A stretch of DNA of 48,567 nt, counting the filler, from Jimgerdemannia flammicorona (taxonomy: Eukaryota), in the NCBI GenBank assembly GCA_003990765.1. It is 2 parts of 2 records of this genome, joined end to end, with 100 filler letters (N's around TTAATTAATTAA, not from the genome) between each part and the next. Parts side by side here need not be neighbours in the genome. Positions count along the whole stretch, not along the records: positions 1 to 24,235 come from RBNJ01001002.1; 1 more part is not named here. One strand, written 5' to 3'. The notes below the pieces were generated by a model. It saw only the letters and a program-made list of their open reading frames with translations. It did no database searches and was not told where the DNA came from. Position 1 is the first letter of the stretch; every line of letters starts with the position of its first letter. The translations under genes were made by a program, and so were the position numbers. This document shows positions 1 to 13,685 of the stretch, piece after piece.

Positions 1-84
1 CCCTCCCCCCTCCACCCGAACCCCACCCCCCCACCCCCTCCGCCCGAACCCCACCTCCACACCCTCTACCTACCTGAACCCTAC

Positions 85-405
85 CTGGTCCCGTTTTCAT
101 ACATCGGCGGGAGGATGCTTGACCCGTTGTCATATATCGATGGGAAGATACTGGTTACGTTGTCGCGTATCGACGGGAAGATGCTGGTTCCGTTGTCATA
201 CATCAGCGAGAGTATGTTGGTTCCGTTGTCGTGCATCGGCGGGAGAATGCTGGTCCCGTTGTCGTTATCGTTGGGAGGATGCTGGTCCTGTTGTCATTAT
301 CGTTGGAAGGATGCTGGATACTGGTCCCATTGTTGTTATCATTGGGAAGACACTGGTTGCTGGGCCCGTTGTCGATGTCATTGGGGGGATGTTGGATGCT
401 GGACT
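85..405. repeat. Degenerate ~32-33 bp minisatellite (about 9 units, consensus approx. CTGGTCCCGTTGTCRTAYATCGGCGGGARGATG)
   Basis: Successive units are visible: ctggtcccgttttcatacatcggcgggaggatg / cttgacccgttgtcatatatcgatgggaagata / ctggttacgttgtcgcgtatcgacgggaagatg, etc. This explains the repetitive 11-aa ORF at 115-411. Confidence 0.85.
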
Positions 406-419
406 CGTTGACGCGTAAC

Positions 420-1493
420 ATAGGGTTTCCGGAAGCACCCGTCACTGCCATCAGCTGCTCGGCGCGTCGTTGGAGTGACGGCGGGTATCGTTGTGTTATG
501 GAAAAAGCCACAGCGCTCGCTGCTGTAGTGGTAGCAGGGATCGTAGATATAGAAGCGGTGGGATACATCGTTGCAGCTTCCGCAGGGTGCGTTGTCAGCC
601 GTGCGGCGTGTAATAGTAGCAGTATCGGTGTGCGCGTTGTAGGGCCCCCGGGGCGCGACGTGTTAGCGTAGCCGTGGGGTGGGACGGTCTCGAGTGGTGG
701 AGCGCGTTGCAGTGGAGGCGTCGTGACGGAGGTCATTGTGATGAAGTGCGACGCAGCAGCAATTACTGGACGGTCTTGAGTGGTGAAGCGCATCGCAGTA
801 GAGAGCGTCATGATGGAGCCCGCCGTAGTGGAGTACGTTGTGGTATGGACCGTGGGGCACGTCGTGATAGGGCCCACGAGACGTAACGTGGGTTGCGGCC
901 ACTGGACAGCTTTGAGTAGTGAAGCGCGTTGCAGTGGAGCGTGACGTGGTGGTGCGCGTCGTGGTGGAGCGTGTCGTAGTGGGCAAGTCGCGGTGGAAGG
1001 CGTTGTGGTTGAGTGGGTCATCGTGGTGGGACGCGACGTAGTAGCCGCCACGGGACAGCCTTGAGTTGTGGAGCGCGAAGACGCCATAAGAGAGCGCATC
1101 ATGGTGGAGTGCGTTGTCATAGGGCCCGTGGGGCGCGACGTAGTTGCAGTCACGGGGGTGGCCTTGAGTGTTGGAGGGCGTCGCGGTGGAGGGTGTGGTG
1201 GTGGAGCGCGCAGCGGTGGAGCACGTCGTGATAGGGACCAGGGCGCGACGTGGTAGCAGCCTCGTGATGGCCTTGAGGTATGGAGTGAGGCGCGACGTGA
1301 TAACAGCCTCGGGATGGCTTTGAGTTATGGAATAGGGCGTCGTGATAGAGCGCATCGTGATAGAGCGCATCGTGGTGGAGCGAGACGGTTTTGGAGCGCG
1401 TTGTGGTGGTTTTGGTGGAATAAGCAGGGGCTGGACTACAGGGCACATGGTGGTTGAGGATGGTTTGTATGAAAGTTGTAACCTTGTCTTGAT
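420..1493 (-). pseudogene. Frameshifted Thr/Ser-rich repeat locus (TTRST/STTQG-type repeats), paralogue of 17911-18285
   Basis: Built from 15-bp units (gtggtggagcgcgtc-like on +). The 5' end reads IKTRLQLSYKP versus MKTESQLSYTP in the 18285 copy (ATG replaced by ATC at 1491-1493). The Thr/Ser frame jumps between ORFs 1150-1572, 663-1448 and 203-1153. It could be non-coding minisatellite DNA. Confidence 0.45.
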
Positions 1494-1502
1494 ATTGATA
1501 TG

Positions 1503-1645
1503 AGTAGAGGTTGGAGGGAAGACAAGAAGGGTGTAAAATAATCTGGATACTGAATGCGAACCCTATAAACACCGGAAAAAAAAAAAAAAAAAAAAAATTC
1601 TCAGTTTAACGTCATCGTGATCTTACCAACACAGTGGCTGAGGAG
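1503..1645 (-). promoter_or_regulatory. Conserved upstream region shared with 18306-18445 (putative promoter/5' UTR with CRE-like ACGTCA)
   Basis: agtagaggttggagggaagacaagaa occurs in both copies, followed by similar ...acgtcat(c/g)gtgatc(t/c)t(a/g)ccaacac(a/g)gtggctgag. Confidence 0.5.
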
Positions 1646-2631
1646 GTATATGAAACTGCCACCTTTAAAAAGTTACTGCTGGGTGCCTTAGCATGACTAA
1701 AGAAACCCCAAATAGTAATTATTTAAATGTGGTCGCCTCAACTATGCCACATACATATGTTTAACTGAGTATAATCTATATAACATTAAGGAGCTATCAA
1801 ATTCAAGATTAAAGTGCGCTTCACCATACCCACGTGTTTGGATATTTAAGATTGCAGGATGACACCGCCCATAAATATACCACACAAGCTTTGTGGGGCT
1901 CGCTTTCCGTATGATTGCGCGGCACTCTTGTGTGGATTATAAAGTAGGGGTTGTTAAGATAGTAAAGGAAAATTCCGAATTATTGCTCCGTTGAGACAAA
2001 AAGCGCGCCATCAAAGAAAGATTTGGAAGGTTCCTTTTTGACACTTAGGATATCAAGAAACGTTAGCGTGAGGCAAAAATCGTTGTGGCTGAGCCATCGG
2101 CATCGCAGGATGTATCTAGCATTTGGAAACATGCACCTGGCATATTTGATTGATCAGCGTATACAAATCCAGCGATGGCGTAGAAGGGAAAACAACTTAG
2201 GAGTCAAGTGAGTTGGGTAGACGAGCCAAAGACTCATTGGCCGGGAGGGCAAGTGACCGTTTCTCCGAGCCTCGGCATTCCACTTCTGTTGCTAGCCATA
2301 GAAATGAAATCATTTGATGACATTCAGTCGCGTGCCAAAATCAATCCTACCAACCGAATACACTTGAATGGTACGGGATTGGTGGATCACGTCATCGTGA
2401 CTATGAAAACGGATGGTGGCTTTGAAAAATGAGGGGTTTCGTTAGAAATCGCAGGTCAATGGTCGCAGGAATGTTTCGGGCGCTGTATAGACGGCACAAG
2501 GGTTTCGGCGTGGCGTAGGTCTTTGGCGCCAACATGCTCGCTTTTGTATTAGCTAGGAAATGCCTCTCTATCACGCTGTCCAACATGCATTCCTGCTTCG
2601 CATCTGGTTTTTTCACTCAAGCGCTTCATAC

Positions 2632-3093
2632 TCTGACGGTTGATCTGAATTAGTAACATGAATCAGGGGAATAGATATTTGATCGCAGTACCTGAATCCA
2701 ATTCCCAAATATAGTATAGCCTTACAAATAGCAGTCATACTTTCACAAATGTAAATGTAGAAATTCTACAGATATAGAATCTTCACATTTATAGAGATTT
2801 CACAGATGTAGAGGATCTATACTTATAGAAAATGACTCACAGAAAACATAGTCATAACTTAGCCATCTTATAGCTAGTAAACTTGTATAAATATCCCAAT
2901 ATCTAAAGTAAATAAACCTCAGATCAAAATAGTTCAAAATAAAGAGAAAGCAAAGGAACTAGTAAGCCTATAGATAGATATATATTAAACTCACTCCTCT
3001 ACACCCTAAGGACTCTCAAGAGTTGGAACAAGTCAAGTTTTTAAGATACAGAAATCTGCTATACTTCTAAAGTTAGATGTCTGCTATATTACA
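2632..3093 (+). mobile_element. Solo LTR, same family as the LTR at 20327-20800
   Basis: Shares aacttgtataaata..., aataaacctcagatc.aaatagttcaaaa, aaaggaactagtaagcct and ...aagatacagaaatc with 20327-20800. Ends ctatattaca; the 5' end is degenerate (tctgac for tgtgac). No clean TSD. Confidence 0.85.
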
Positions 3094-3099
3094 ATATAT

Positions 3100-6000
3100 A
3101 TACTTTATATATATACTTAGCATATATACTTGTTTTCACTACCTCCCTCTCTTCTGTCTTCTGTACTTCTTGATTTTGTTCTATATATTATTAGTTCTGG
3201 ACTGGTTTTGCTCATTATATCTACTCTTCTCACATCTTCTTTTTTCTCTCAAATATATATACATTGAACTTCAGTTATTGTTTTTCTCTTCACTATAGTT
3301 CTGATATCTGTAAGTTGAGTTCAAGTGGCTTCTCACAATACAACTTTATTTTAGGAGAAGTATAGGGTTCAAATATTATAGCTAAATATTGAACCTAACT
3401 TGTATCTTATTTCTCCTACTATTCTATATTCCTTCAGTCTGGCTTATCTTTATAGTATTGTCTCTTATCATTATCAGTAGTATATAATACTTCTACTGCT
3501 TATCTTCTCTCAGTAGCTCTCTACCTTCCAGCTGCTATTTTCAAACCTATCATAATCAATTGTTACCTAGTTGCTATTTATTAATCCTGTAGTAATAAGT
3601 TATCTCACTGTATAATCTTCACCCATTTATCTTAAAACTTGTCATCATAGTATTACTCTTAATATTAATCATTCTCTGGTAGCTATTAACTCTTATAGAG
3701 CTTATTTGATACTACTAATGAATAATTATTGGCCAGTAACAATATATCTGCAGTAAATCAGTATTTATTGCCCAGTAATAACTAGTCACTCTCCACTATT
3801 CCCAGTAAATCAAGTGAGATTTGTCATTATCCTATACTAATATATTACTAATAGAGATTTGTTGTAGGCAGTCATCAATAAGTAGCCCTCCTCAGCAGTA
3901 AGATATCATTAACATACAAATCATCCAGCAGTATATCACTGTTCAACAATATATTATCATCCTTTAGTATAAGTTATCTGATAACATCAGTTCATGATTT
4001 TTATAATTAGAAATGAAATTGTGATAGAGGAGAAAAGAACAAGAGTTATGATGAAAGAGAAAAGACATTCAGATTGATATATTATATCAATTAATGAAAT
4101 GGAGGTAATTGGAATTCAGTTTTTAGAGAATTCTTTTTGAGTAATTTGATTGCTCCTCACTGAGATATATTATATATTTACTAATTCTAATTTTATTTTA
4201 TTTTTCATATTTTATTTTTATAACCATGACTCTAAATTAAAATTAAATCTAATTAATAGCTATCTTAGATCAAAATCAATCTTGAATGGACTTTTTTCTT
4301 TTGAGTTCTATAAGGTCAAAGATGTAGACTTAACCTCTCTATAATCTTAATTATCTGATACTATATACTCTTCACAATAATATACCTCAGTATCTGTTAA
4401 TTAAATTTATCTAACTACATAAGATTGAACACTATGTTCATTTTCTAAAGTTATTATTGATCAATTAAGATATATATATATATATATATATCTGTAATTA
4501 TATCAATATATATAAAAGATTTAAATATTTTTACTTAGAAAAAGATAGTATATATATATAGAAGAAGAAGAAAAAAGAAGATATATAGGTCATAATAATC
4601 TTTTTGTTATTATTTTTATTTATTACTTATATATATACTATGAGTAATAATAATGAATAGAATATATCACAGATAGTAGAGATAAAACAATATTTATTTC
4701 TATCATATTTTTGGTCTACTGTCCTATTCTTACTCACTTTTTTAAATATATATACTGGTATTAGTAGCATTACAATTATCCTTACTCTGTTTTATATTAC
4801 CATATAGTCTATTATCTCAATATATATATATACCCAGATCTAAAATCCTATAAATTAATGAGAATAAATAAAGAGAAGAAAATAAATGCAAAGTTAATAT
4901 ATTAAATCTTATATTGTTAGATATAATATATATATATATATTCAATATCAATTATATTAAAAGTATTTAATATTATATCTTAAATTATTCAGTATCTGGA
5001 TTAAAAATAAAACATAAAAATAAAAATAAAAACTAAAACAAAAAAGAAAAACAAAGTAAAAAACAAAAACAAAATTCCCATTTTATAGAATCTATATATA
5101 TATATATAAAGTAATAGAGTAGTAGCAATTATATATATAACAGAATAAGGCCTAAAAAAGAATGACTATATCAATACTATTTTCTTTAGTAGAAAGCCTG
5201 ATAAGAGGGTTGGAAACCTATAGTAATAATAGAAATATTTCTTTTTTTTCTCTATTTCTTTTTATTTATTTTTCTTTATTTTTCTTTTATTTTTATTTGC
5301 TTTTTCTTTTTTTATTTTAATTATATATATTTAATATACTATCAGAAAACTCTAATTCTATAAAAATCCTAATAGAGAGTCTATATACAAAATATCATTA
5401 GTGTTATGAATATTAGTATAACTCTAATATTTATTAGAAAATTCTAGTCTGAGACTAATATTAACAAATCTACAACTATATACTACTTTTTTTACTAGTG
5501 AGCATATTGGTATTCTTATAAATAAACTACTAGTTAGTTTTGGTTATTTTCAGAATCTGATATTATACTATTTAGATATATATTTTGTAGTATATTTGAC
5601 TGATTTGATAATATTTGATAAATGATTAAAGAGGTCAGTTAGAATCTTTATTTAGTTATTTAATGAAAAATTGAAGAAATTGATAAGGATTTATATTTAA
5701 GTCTTTCTCTATTTCTAGTCAGAACTATTATAGTTATTAATTGAAGTTTTTTAGTAAGAGATTGTAGAGATCAACTATAATCTCAGTTAATATCTTTCTT
5801 TATATTTAGTTTTTTTAATAGAAACTAGTTAGATATAGATTTGAGATATTTGTCTAAAAAGACTATAATAGAATTTTGATAATTATAAAAATACTCATTA
5901 CTGTTAAGATGATCCAGTTAACTTATAAATATATTTGAAATTTAGAAATAATAGATATAGTAAATATCTTAATATTATATATAAATACTATACTATATAT

Positions 6001-6540
6001 CTGTTATTATAGATGAAATGATTTTATTTTTAGAAAATTAAATAGACTTTAATATTAGAAAATATATTTGTTCTTGTTACTTTAATAGTATTTAATAGTA
6101 TAAGTAATAGTCACTGTTCTATTATACATAGTAGTGGTTACTAAGTATATTATTAAAGTAGTAGTATAGTGACTTTTGTAAGATACTAACATAGTAGAGT
6201 ATATTAAGGTAGTAATCATAAGTCTTATTATTATAGTACCTGTTAGATGTATTATTAAAGAGATGACCAGATATATAATAATAGATATTATAGAAATATA
6301 TTGAAGTAGTAACTACTAGTTATATTATACATTAGAATATTTGAAAAATAAATATAATAGAAGTAGTGAGATATATCTAGATAGTAGTTATGGAGTCAGT
6401 TATATCAGCAGCTACTTAATAGATTATTAGAGTAGTAGTGAGAATTATAGTACTAGAAATAGTATAGTAGATTATAGAAAATATTCTAGTATATTATAAT
6501 AGTAGTAGTAGAGCTTATAGATATAGAAGTATATAATATA
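3100..6540. other. Extremely AT/TpA-rich, CpG-free block; probably heavily decayed transposon DNA
   Basis: Virtually no CG dinucleotides, (TA)n runs, no credible ORFs; lies between a solo LTR and a LINE. Origin not identifiable by eye. Confidence 0.45.
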
Positions 6541-6559
6541 TTATTGTGGTAGATGTATT

Positions 6560-9500
6560 ATATTTATAATTATAAGATACAATAACAGACATCTTTCTCT
6601 AGTAACATTCAGATTATATAACCTTCTAGCAATACTTATAACAAAGTTTTTGGCAAAAGATACTAGAAATATGGTGACTGACAAGTGTTCTGAGATATAT
6701 ACTGGGCTGAGAGGCCTAAGTATATTTAACTGGCAATATGTGGGGAGAGGCCCAGGCTTGGAGAAAAGTATGAGGGGTCTGTTGGCAGGAGGATATAGAA
6801 GGGGAGGGGATAGTATTAGAGGACAGAAAAGTAGGAGAGTGAGCTTTGTGAATATAGTAAAGGAGAGACAGACAGCAACTAAACTAGAGAGCTGGCTGAG
6901 AAGAAGTAAGGAGACAGTAAAGACTACAGAGCAGCAGCAACAGGTGGAAGTCTCTCTGGGAGACCGGGGCAGTGGGGCTGGTAGAGTAGTGGCTGAGGAA
7001 GTGACTATTGATGGAAGTATAATGGGTAATTTGGAAAAAAATCTAAATAAGACTACTGATAGTGGACTGGAGTATGGGAAGGGTATGAGGCCTAGTGATC
7101 TGGCCAATGATATAACAGATCTGATGGTGGCCCTATTACTTAAGAAGTCAATCTCAGAGTTTACAGTTACCTTGTGCTTCTAGGGCTTAGCCTTGATAGC
7201 AAAAATAGTATTGAGGCTGATTGCTAAGCAGGTGGCTGAAGCAGCATCCATGAAGTTCCTGAAGAGATTAGAAGGGATGGAGGTGGGCTTTGAGAAGGCT
7301 GGGCTATTGGAGGTAGTACTGAAGGCTGAACTGACTATTAGAGAGATATATATTACAATGGTGTGCTGCTTGAGATAGAACCCCAGGGTGGTTCAACTTC
7401 TAATAAAAGGGGTACCCACAGTGACTGTAGTGGAGACAAGAAGGAGAGTTGAGGAAGTTATGGTCAAGTATGAAGAGGTGGTAGATATTGGGTTCCAGGT
7501 CTAAGAAGGGACCTCATTCAAGACTGAGGATGTGGATGTCTGGATTCAACTGGCAGAGAAGAAAGCTACTGGGAAGACCAGGGACTAGCCTTTAGTAATG
7601 GTATGGGGGACATTTCTGTACAAGGTGATGAGGGTGAAGGAGAGTAAGGAGGAGGAAGAGGATTTATTGGAGACATTAGAGAAGCTGAGTAATACCATAG
7701 AGTAGAGGGTGAAGGCTTGGAAGATATATATAGAGTCAACACATTTGGAGATAGTAGATGGAAGGCAGATCCACATGTAAAAGGGGCTGTGGAAAAGGTT
7801 CTAAGGATATAAGAGACAGAGAGAGTTGTTGGTGAATCTAGAGAGCAGGACAAAGAAGGATGCAGGTGAACCTGTAGTTATGGAGGGAGCCAAAGCAAGT
7901 ATCTAGGCTAGCAAAGAGAGAGAGAGTGTGGAGAAGGGACTAGAAGTGGACAAGGAGGAGACTGATTATGACCCATATGTGGATGATATGTTTGAGGTCT
8001 GAGAGAACTCCCCAACTTCTACTTCTCTTATTAGGTGAGGTCTAGCTTCAAGGGGCAGAGTGGTAGAGAATGTGCCTATATAGGGGGTCCAGTAAGTATA
8101 CTTTGGAGTTCCTGAGGTGGTAAAGGGTGGCCAGGTGGTGGCAGTTGGTGAGGATGAACTGGTGGATCTCCAAGAGGAGAGGTGGGATGAGACTGCAAGT
8201 ACAGAGGGTAATACCACAATGCTGGATGGAGGGAGACCAGTGACTCCAGGGGGGAAGGAGGTGGGGAACCTACTATTGATGTGCTGGATAATGAATAACT
8301 TTGCAGTAGAGAAGTTGGGAGAGGTGGATCTGAGGGTGATGAGTGAAGTACATTGGGCACAGATCTTATATAGTGATGGGGTGGTAGAGGTACTGAAGGC
8401 AGAGATTCTTGCAGTTTTTCTAGAGAAAGAAGGGTATGAGATTGATAAGGAGAGGGAGGCTAAGTTAGCAGTTGCAGCTGGTGAGTGGGCTGCCTTCTGT
8501 TGGACAGAGCATTATAGATTATAGTTCTGGCAGGAGGCTTACCTGGAGTATTGTAAGGATTTCAAGATGAAGGAGGATAAGGAACTTACTGAACTACTGG
8601 TTGGATTAGAGGCAAAGAGGATTGAAGAGGAGGAGGTGGCTGCTGACTATAATCTGGACTTGGCTTAGGAGGAGATGAATATAGAGCAGTAGAGGATATG
8701 CTTGCTATTTCACAATATCTCTTATAAACAGTACAATTAATATTTTTTTCTTAAATGTGAATGGGTTATGGGGTTTGTTTAGATATTAAAAATATTTACT
8801 TGGCTAAAGGGATTGAAGGCCGATCCTTGCTTTTGCAGGATGTCAGATATGAGGATGATTTGGATAGACTAAAATAGACAAAGAAATGGGGAGATGAGAC
8901 AGTTTGGAAGGATAAGGTGGGGATTCTGGTCTGGAGGTGCAGAGGAGAGATACAAGATATGAGGTGCTGGGGAGACAGACTGGTTTGGAGAGAGTGGATA
9001 TGATCAGGTTGGAAGCTGGTGATGGTGAGTTCATGCTACTGTCTGGTGGTATGGGGGGAGTAAGTGGATTGAATGAAGAGACTTCAAGAGAGTGGGGCCC
9101 TCACAGAGACAGGAGTAGATATGCTTGGAGGAGACTTTAATATGGTCAGAGATATACTGGTAGATAGAACTGATGGAGGGTGAGAGGCAGAGAGTAAGAG
9201 TGGAGGGCTGGAGGTGTAGGAGGGAGTGGAAAGGCTAAGTGCTCTGATGGATACTGACAGAGTGTTCTGGGGTAATTGAAGGGTGTATACATACTAGACA
9301 GGTGGCCTAGGGACAAAGATTGACTGGGTTCTGACAGCGGACTGCTGTGGATTAGATGTCTGGATGTCACTGTAGGCTGAATGGTATCTGTGGTCTGATC
9401 ATTGGGGGCTGCTGAGACAGGGTCTTTTTGGAAAGAGTGGGGATGGGCCTGGACATTAGCATCTCAATTCCTCTTTTTTAGACAATAAGATACTGTAGAA

Positions 9501-11305
9501 TGAGTAGACTGAGGACATTCAGCTACAGGTAGAGGGTTGGCTATAGGAAGGTACCCTAATTGGGGTCTGTTAGATGAGGATAAAAGAGGCTGCTAAGGTC
9601 TACTGAAGGGAGGCTGGCAAGGTGGCCAGAAGATAGAGGAAGAAGAGAGTGATGTGGGCTTCTGCTAGATTGGCTATAATTCTGAAAGGCTGGGCAGATC
9701 TGTTGGCCATAGAGGGGGTGGAGGACTGGTAATTAATATGGGTAAAATTAGAGATTGGGGAGTTACTACAGATATTGTGAGAGGAGGAGGAGATACAGGT
9801 GTAGAGTTTGGCAGCTTGTTTATATTGGCAGAGGCTGGAGGAAGGGGAGAGGCCTTCTAAGTATCTCACAAGGGCTCTTTAGGTGAGGAGGGTGAAGCAG
9901 AGATAGGAGAGGATACTAGATTCTAATGGCCTACTGGTGCATAGAATACAAGATATTCTTGAATTATTAAAGGAAAGGTAGAGTACTCTGTGGAGTGAGG
10001 AGAAGGGTGGGGCTGATGCTGCTACCATCAATCATGCTTTAGAGGATTGGCACCCACCATGAGTAGAAGAATTAGGTGGATAGGTAGTACCTGTACAGGA
10101 GGAGGAGATTCTCCAGGTCCTTGCCATGACTATACCAGGTATGGTACTAGAGAAGGATGGTCTGCCCTGAGACTTCTGGAAGAAGATGGTGGGAGTCTCT
10201 GAAATACTGAGAGAGCTTAGGGTACTCTGTAACTTGATACTAGAGTCAGAGAGATGGGTGGGTGAGTAGGATCTGGGGCTAGTAGTGCTGCTTTATAAAA
10301 ATAAAGACAGAAAGGAGGACTGGAAGAACTGGTGGCAAATCATGCTTCTGGATATGGATAGAAAGTTAGTTACTAAGGTGGTGGTAGCAAGGTTGTAGAA
10401 GGTAGCTCAGCAAATCTTGAGTGAGGAGTAGTGGGGCTTTGTAGGAGGCTGACTCATCTGGGATAGTACAGCCTGGGTATATGGAGATATTGAAGAAGCA
10501 CAAGCCTGTAAACCGAATAGGCATCTAGTTTTCTTGGATCAGGAGAAGATATATGACTGTGTTTAATAGGTCTGGTTGAAGAAGGTTTTGAATAGAATTG
10601 ATATCTCATACCATTTTTAGATAGTAATAATCAGTCTACTGGAGGGGACTTGAGCTGCTTTCATGTATAATAGATATCATAGGGTGGAATTCTCTCTTGG
10701 TAGAGGTGTTCTCCAGGGGGACTCACTGTCTCTCCTTCTGAATACTTTTCCTTTGGAGCCTCTGATAGATAGGATCAGACAGAAGATAATCAGGCTCTCA
10801 ATATTTGGAATTGAGTGGAAAGTTGGAGTCTTTGCAGAAAATATAGTAGTTGGTCTGAGTTCAATCACTGATATAGAGGAACTCAAGGAGACAGTGGAGT
10901 AGTATGAGGTGCACTCTGGGGCCCAACTCAATTGCCATAAGTGTGAAATGATAGTGTTGGGCAATGGCTTAGTGAGAGAAGATGTCATTGGAACAATTGT
11001 CCCTGCTGAAGAGGTAGTGCAATACTTGGGCATCTATCTGTCAATATATGGGTCAGTCCTACTAAGACTTTGATGGGAACAGAGAGTTGTAATCTGAGGG
11101 GAGGCTCTGCAGAGTTGGCAAGGATGATACTTATCTCTGGCAGGGTATGTTTCAATTTTAAATGTTTACTAGCTGCCAAAATTGTAGTATTTGGCTTATT
11201 ATCTGGACTTCTCTATCTGGGTGATTAAGTGGCTGTTGAAACTGACCAAGGAATGGATCTGGGCTGGGAGAAAGAGTCAGATTAGCTGGGAAATTTTGTC
11301 TCTGG
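6560..11305 (+). mobile_element. Decayed non-LTR retrotransposon (L1-like LINE): probable ORF1 remnant, AP endonuclease and RT; 3' truncated
   Basis: APE motifs FLNVNGL (~8745-8770), LLLQDV (~8830) and WSDH (~9390). Linker EGERPSKYL (9841). RT motifs KDGLP*DFWK (~10150), LLYKNKD..KNWWQIMLLDMDRK (~10290), FLDQEKIYDCV (10531), GRGVLQGDSLSLLL (~10700), FAENIV (degenerate YADD) and YLGI (~11023). Many stops and frameshifts; the 5' boundary is approximate. Confidence 0.88.
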
Positions 11306-12258
11306 GCCTAAGATGGAAGAAGACCTGTGCCAATTTGTTAAAGGGTGTGATAAGTACCAAAAACAAGAATAAGATCAGCAAGACCAGGCACTCAGGTCAT
11401 CAAGAATTGAGCGTATCTCCTTTCACCACATTGCAATAAATATCATTGGGCCACTACCAGTAATACTATCAGGAAACTACTATATTATAGTTATTGTAGA
11501 CCTCTTTACCAAATGGATAGAAGCAGAAGCATTACAAGAAGTCAATGCCCTCTCTATAGCTGACTTCTTATACTGAGAAATCATCTGCCACTATAAGACA
11601 CCAAAGCAAATCACCCACAGATCATGGCACAGAATTTATTAATGGATTCTATGAGATAATATATCAGAAATCTAAGATCCAGCACATCAAGACCACTATA
11701 TATTACTCTCAAGGAAATGAACAGACAGAGAGAACCAACAAGACTCTCAAGAACATCCTAGTAAAGATCTCAGACATATACGAGAATTAGGATAACTACC
11801 TCCCAACTTCTCTCTCTATCCTATAAGATATACAGTCACAGAGTACACACTTTACCCCAAGAGAACTGCTCTTCAGAGAAGAAGATTCTGATGGAACCTT
11901 AGTTATAAATCTAGACCTAACTTAGAGATAAGTTGACTTGAAAATCTGGAGACTATACCAAATCAGGAAGAAGGCTGAAGATTACATCACCAAGTTATAA
12001 GTGCTGACAAGAAAGAATGTAGAAAAGAATGACAAGATCCTAGAACTCATCCAAATTGGAGAAAAGGTCCTACTATATTGAAATATAGTAGAAGCCTCAT
12101 GGTTACAAAAACTGGAGCCCAAATAGGAAGGACCCTTCTATGTACAAAATATCAAGAGAACTACCTTCTGGCTTAGAAAACTCTCAGAGACCATACTGTC
12201 TACTACAGTATACAGGAACAGACTCAAGAAGTACTATGAACCTATACAAGAGAAGTAA
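11306..12258 (+). mobile_element. Ty3/Gypsy integrase remnant (element A), 5' truncated
   Basis: PKMEEDLCQFVKGCDKYQ (end of the HHCC finger), FHHIAINIIGPLP, DLFTKWIEAEA, TDHGTEF, YYSQGNEQTERTNKTL and KLEPK*EGPF (GPY/F). No chromodomain. Confidence 0.9.
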
Positions 12259-12869
12259 AATGTAATGACTGCCCATGAGGTTCTAGTCTATAAATCATAA
12301 CAACATGTCCCATGACTAGCAGGCAATCTGTCTAGATCATTCTCTAAGAGATACAGTACCAGTAAATACTTATTTATGAGACTTTTGAAGCAAGAGAAGT
12401 TTGAACCATCAACTGATTGGTCAAGATCAGAATCAGGCCCTTGCTCTATATGAAGAGAGCAATCCTTCACCATCATACCAAAATACATAGAGAAGATATT
12501 AGCCCATAAATACCAATTTTTGACCCCCTGCTAGAGGTTATGGAATCAGCAAATTTTTCAGGACTAACCAATGAATAAAGACATTCAAGAGGATCTTTAT
12601 TCAGGAGGAATATGTAACAGTGACCTCATAATGATGATATCAGCACAAAAGACAGCCTTTTCTTGCAAGCTATCAGATCGGAGTACAAGAAGATCATATG
12701 GCATAACTCACCTAGGCTATAAGATGAGTAATAATGACCAACAGTGAGTCATTGGGACCACAATACAAATATCTTGAGAAATATAAAAGAATGATCAAGG
12801 AACTGCAGTAGCAGCAAACCAATAAGACTCATTAATCCCAAAATAGCTCAAAGACTTATTATAAACAAA

Positions 12870-13673
12870 ATGCCTACTGCTTGCCAAACCTCAAGATTAA
12901 GGAACCACCAAGACCCCTCAGTTCAGAAAAGGATGTCTCAAGACATCTGAAGAGCTATAAGGATCTGCACCACAAGAACTCCTAGTATCAATCTGGATAC
13001 TAGTGACCCTTATTATTATATCCTCTACTGCTGAAAAATGGAAACAAGAATCACTATTGCTATCAAATATCTCTAGATATGGCAAGAATATGAAAGAGGA
13101 AACCTCCTCTGCTGGGAATTCCCTCAAGCCAGCCCTCAAGAGCTACAAGATACCACTCTTATAGATATATATGAAATAAGGACAGCCAAGAAGATTCATC
13201 AGATCTTCAGACATACACTATGGTTGATTCCTAACTTAGAGTATACCAGAGTCTCAGACTTTAGGAATCTGTCAGCCCATCATATCAATGAACTAGAAGC
13301 CATGGATACTACAGAGGTCTAGTCTACTATTACTCTCAATAGTAACAAAATAGAAGAGTTCTGATATTCCATCCTCCAGAACAACTCAGATCAGTTCCTA
13401 CAAGAATTGATCTCAATATTCTAAGGCTCCAGTATTCAGGTTAGACCTCTCCAAGACCTCACATTTGTTTCTTATTTTGTAGAAGAGAATGTCATAGATT
13501 AGAGAGCCTCTGCCACTGCTGAATATGATGATGTCATCAACAATGACATCATCCTACACAATATACACAAAATGTGTAACCTATATAATGAGATAAATGA
13601 AATGTTCATAAATCTTATCTCCTTCAGTAATGATGAGGATGAAGCCTCCATAGTTCTGAATATCCTGCTTTAA
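12870..13673 (+). pseudogene. Accessory ORF 3' of pol in element A (268 codons with several internal stops); unknown function
   Basis: ATG at 12870 and one frame to TAA 13673: MPTACQTSRLRNHQDPSVQKRMSQDI*RAIRICTTRTPSINLDTSDPYYY...QEYERGNLL...LQDTTLIDIYEIRTAKKIHQIFRHTLWLIPNLEYTRVSDFRNL. Aligns with 42640-43564 (-) and 26911-27423. Confidence 0.75.
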
Positions 13674-13685
13674 AGTTCTTGGTGA

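Noticed and set aside
1..84. C-rich start with GAACCC-like units, possible telomere
   Set aside because: No regular TAACCC-type tandem array; simple low-complexity sequence.
85..405. CRISPR-like periodic repeats
   Set aside because: Units are head-to-tail with no unique spacers, the context is eukaryotic, and no cas genes are present.
2020..2620. Possible gene fragment truncated by the solo LTR
   Set aside because: Only short ORFs with no recognisable motif.
6541..9869. Minus-strand Ser/Pro/Leu-rich ORFs
   Set aside because: Antisense shadows of the purine-rich LINE.
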